Assembly: GCA_963783385.1 (NCBI GenBank)
Contig: CAWANJ010000007.1
Span: forward strand, 258,792-322,791
Reading direction: 5' to 3'
DNA from: an uncultured Gemmatimonadales bacterium
Lineage (GTDB): Bacteria; Gemmatimonadota; Gemmatimonadetes; Palauibacterales; Palauibacteraceae
DNA: 64,000 bases
The stretch's first letter is position 1. Each line of letters opens with the position of its first letter. The notes below the pieces were generated by a model, which saw nothing but the letters and a program-made list of their open reading frames with translations, had not been told where the DNA came from and searched no databases. The translations under genes and the position numbers were made by a program. This document shows positions 62,579-64,000 of this stretch, one piece after another.

Positions 62579-63994
62579 ATGGTAAGATTCGAGTCGCTGC
62601 CCCGGCCCATACGACAGGTTGCCGTCGCGGCCATCGGCGCACGGAACCGATGGGCTCGGTATGGCTCCTCCTATGAGAGGACGCTCGAGTTTATCAAGGC
62701 GTCTCGGGAGTGGCCTCGTAGCCAGCAGGAGGACTGGCAGGCGGACCGGTTGCTGCGGCTTGTGAACGCGGCGCGCGCAGGGACGCAAGCCTATAGGCAT
62801 TTGCCCGACCTCAAGAGCGCTAGCCGTGGCGGGGGAGGCTACGAGCTCAGGGAATATCTCGAGCAGCTTCCTCTTCTGGAGAAGGCCGCTCTGAGGCGCT
62901 CGCCGAAGGCCTTCATCAACTCAGAGGTCAGACGCTCCACGACATCGTGGACAAGTGGCTCCACGGGAGCGCCGACGCGGTTCGAGCACGACCGTGCTTC
63001 CCTGCAACGTCGGTTCGCGTTTCTCTCGAACCAGTTACAAATGGTCGGCGCGACACCCTTCGATCCGTCAATACGGCTTTCGGGGCGTCTCTTGTGCCCC
63101 GCAGGCCGTCCCAATAGGCGTCCCTGGCTTTGGAACCCGGCGGAACGTCAGCTATTCCTTTCCTCCTATCACCTCGACGAGGTTCATCAACGTGTGATCA
63201 TAGAGCGGGTCCGAAAGCTCATGCCTCACGTGATCGATGGCTATCCATCCGCAGTTCTCCAAGTTCTCCGACTTCTATCAGACCATGCAGAGTTGCTATC
63301 CCACCTGCGTGGGATCGTTACGACCGCTGAGACTCTCTACGAAGACGTACGGAACGAGATCGAGGACAGGGCGGGCGTGCCAGTTATGGACTATTACGCT
63401 GCGAGCGAGGGCGTGCCCCTTATTCAGCAATGCCCGGCAGGCGCATACCACGTGTGCTGGCAGTCAGGCATTTTCGAAGTTCTCTCAAATGGAAATTGTA
63501 GCGCCGCCGGTGACGGCGAGTTGGTGGTAACGAGCTTCGTTCAGGACAGGACCCCACTGATTCGCTATAGGACCGGTGATCTGGTCAAGGGACTGGGTCC
63601 GACTGGAGCCGTTGAGTGTTCGTGTGGTATCGTGAGCCCGACCATCGACAGCGTAGAGGGACGGATTGAAGACATGGTGTACGCGCTGGATGGGCGCAGT
63701 CTCGGCATGTTCACATATCGAACTCTCAAGCACATTCAGGGCATCGAGCAAGCTCAGGTAGTGCAAGAGGATTACTCACGCTTTACGGTTCAGGCGGAAC
63801 TCTCGGGGACGCGATCGCGCGAGAGGATCGAGACCGAGATTCGGGACAGCTTCGAGCGAGCACTGGGGTATCCGATCGACTTGACCATGACGGTGGTCGA
63901 TCGCGTTCCGAAGGAACCCAATGGCAAGGTGCGATTGGTCTTGAGCAAGGTAGATCCTCGACGTAGCCCTGGAGGCGACTCCCGCCTCAGCTAG
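62579..63994 (+). CDS. Phenylacetate-CoA ligase-like adenylating enzyme (CapK-like)
   Basis: TSGSTG, GYPS, TTAETL, YAASE, PLIRYRTGD, GR.ED, GKVR. Confidence 0.85.
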   Translation: MVRFESLPRPIRQVAVAAIGARNRWARYGSSYERTLEFIKASREWPRSQQEDWQADRLLRLVNAARAGTQAYRHLPDLKSASRGGGGYELREYLEQLPLLEKAALRRSPKAFINSEVRRSTTSWTSGSTGAPTRFEHDRASLQRRFAFLSNQLQMVGATPFDPSIRLSGRLLCPAGRPNRRPWLWNPAERQLFLSSYHLDEVHQRVIIERVRKLMPHVIDGYPSAVLQVLRLLSDHAELLSHLRGIVTTAETLYEDVRNEIEDRAGVPVMDYYAASEGVPLIQQCPAGAYHVCWQSGIFEVLSNGNCSAAGDGELVVTSFVQDRTPLIRYRTGDLVKGLGPTGAVECSCGIVSPTIDSVEGRIEDMVYALDGRSLGMFTYRTLKHIQGIEQAQVVQEDYSRFTVQAELSGTRSRERIETEIRDSFERALGYPIDLTMTVVDRVPKEPNGKVRLVLSKVDPRRSPGGDSRLS

Positions 63995-64000
63995 ATGCTG

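Overview
High-GC bacterial DNA. The gene content and the Cys-bridged DPDGY-type Ig repeats suggest Gemmatimonadota, but this is inference. Many single-base indels, clustered at ~3.8-7.0, 32.3-33.4 and 56.6-59.6 kb, look like long-read consensus errors. Positions 1-8.4 kb (minus strand) hold three tandem, mosaic paralogous lipoprotein genes. Each has a lipobox, one Ig-like repeat, a ZU5-like domain ending in an intact HF/S autoproteolysis motif, and a stalk of ~90-aa Ig-like repeats. One stalk has a near-perfect 4x273-bp expansion and one ends in a TolB/PD40 beta-propeller. Positions 8.8-57.1 kb (plus strand) are a ~48-kb surface-polysaccharide locus led by a degenerate XrtA-type deacetylase and a UpxY/NusG-paralog antiterminator. 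It encodes both Wzm/Wzt ABC export and Wza/Wzc/Wzy-like genes, 10 glycosyltransferases, a CDP-sugar/C-methyltransferase/DUF4910 cassette, two sulfotransferases, amidotransferases and an ATP-grasp ligase. It also has an O-carbamoyltransferase flanked by two copies of [SxtJ-SxtK-like fusion ending NYTLY + membrane-anchored SGNH protein]. After it come a convergent Ig-domain pectate-lyase lipoprotein, a second AsnB-like amidotransferase and a CapK-like ligase. The two best novelty candidates are a putative MBOAT-independent, tyrosine-carrier carbamoyl relay for glycan modification and the self-cleaving ZU5 Ig-stalk lipoprotein array. No rRNA, tRNA, CRISPR or mobile element was seen.
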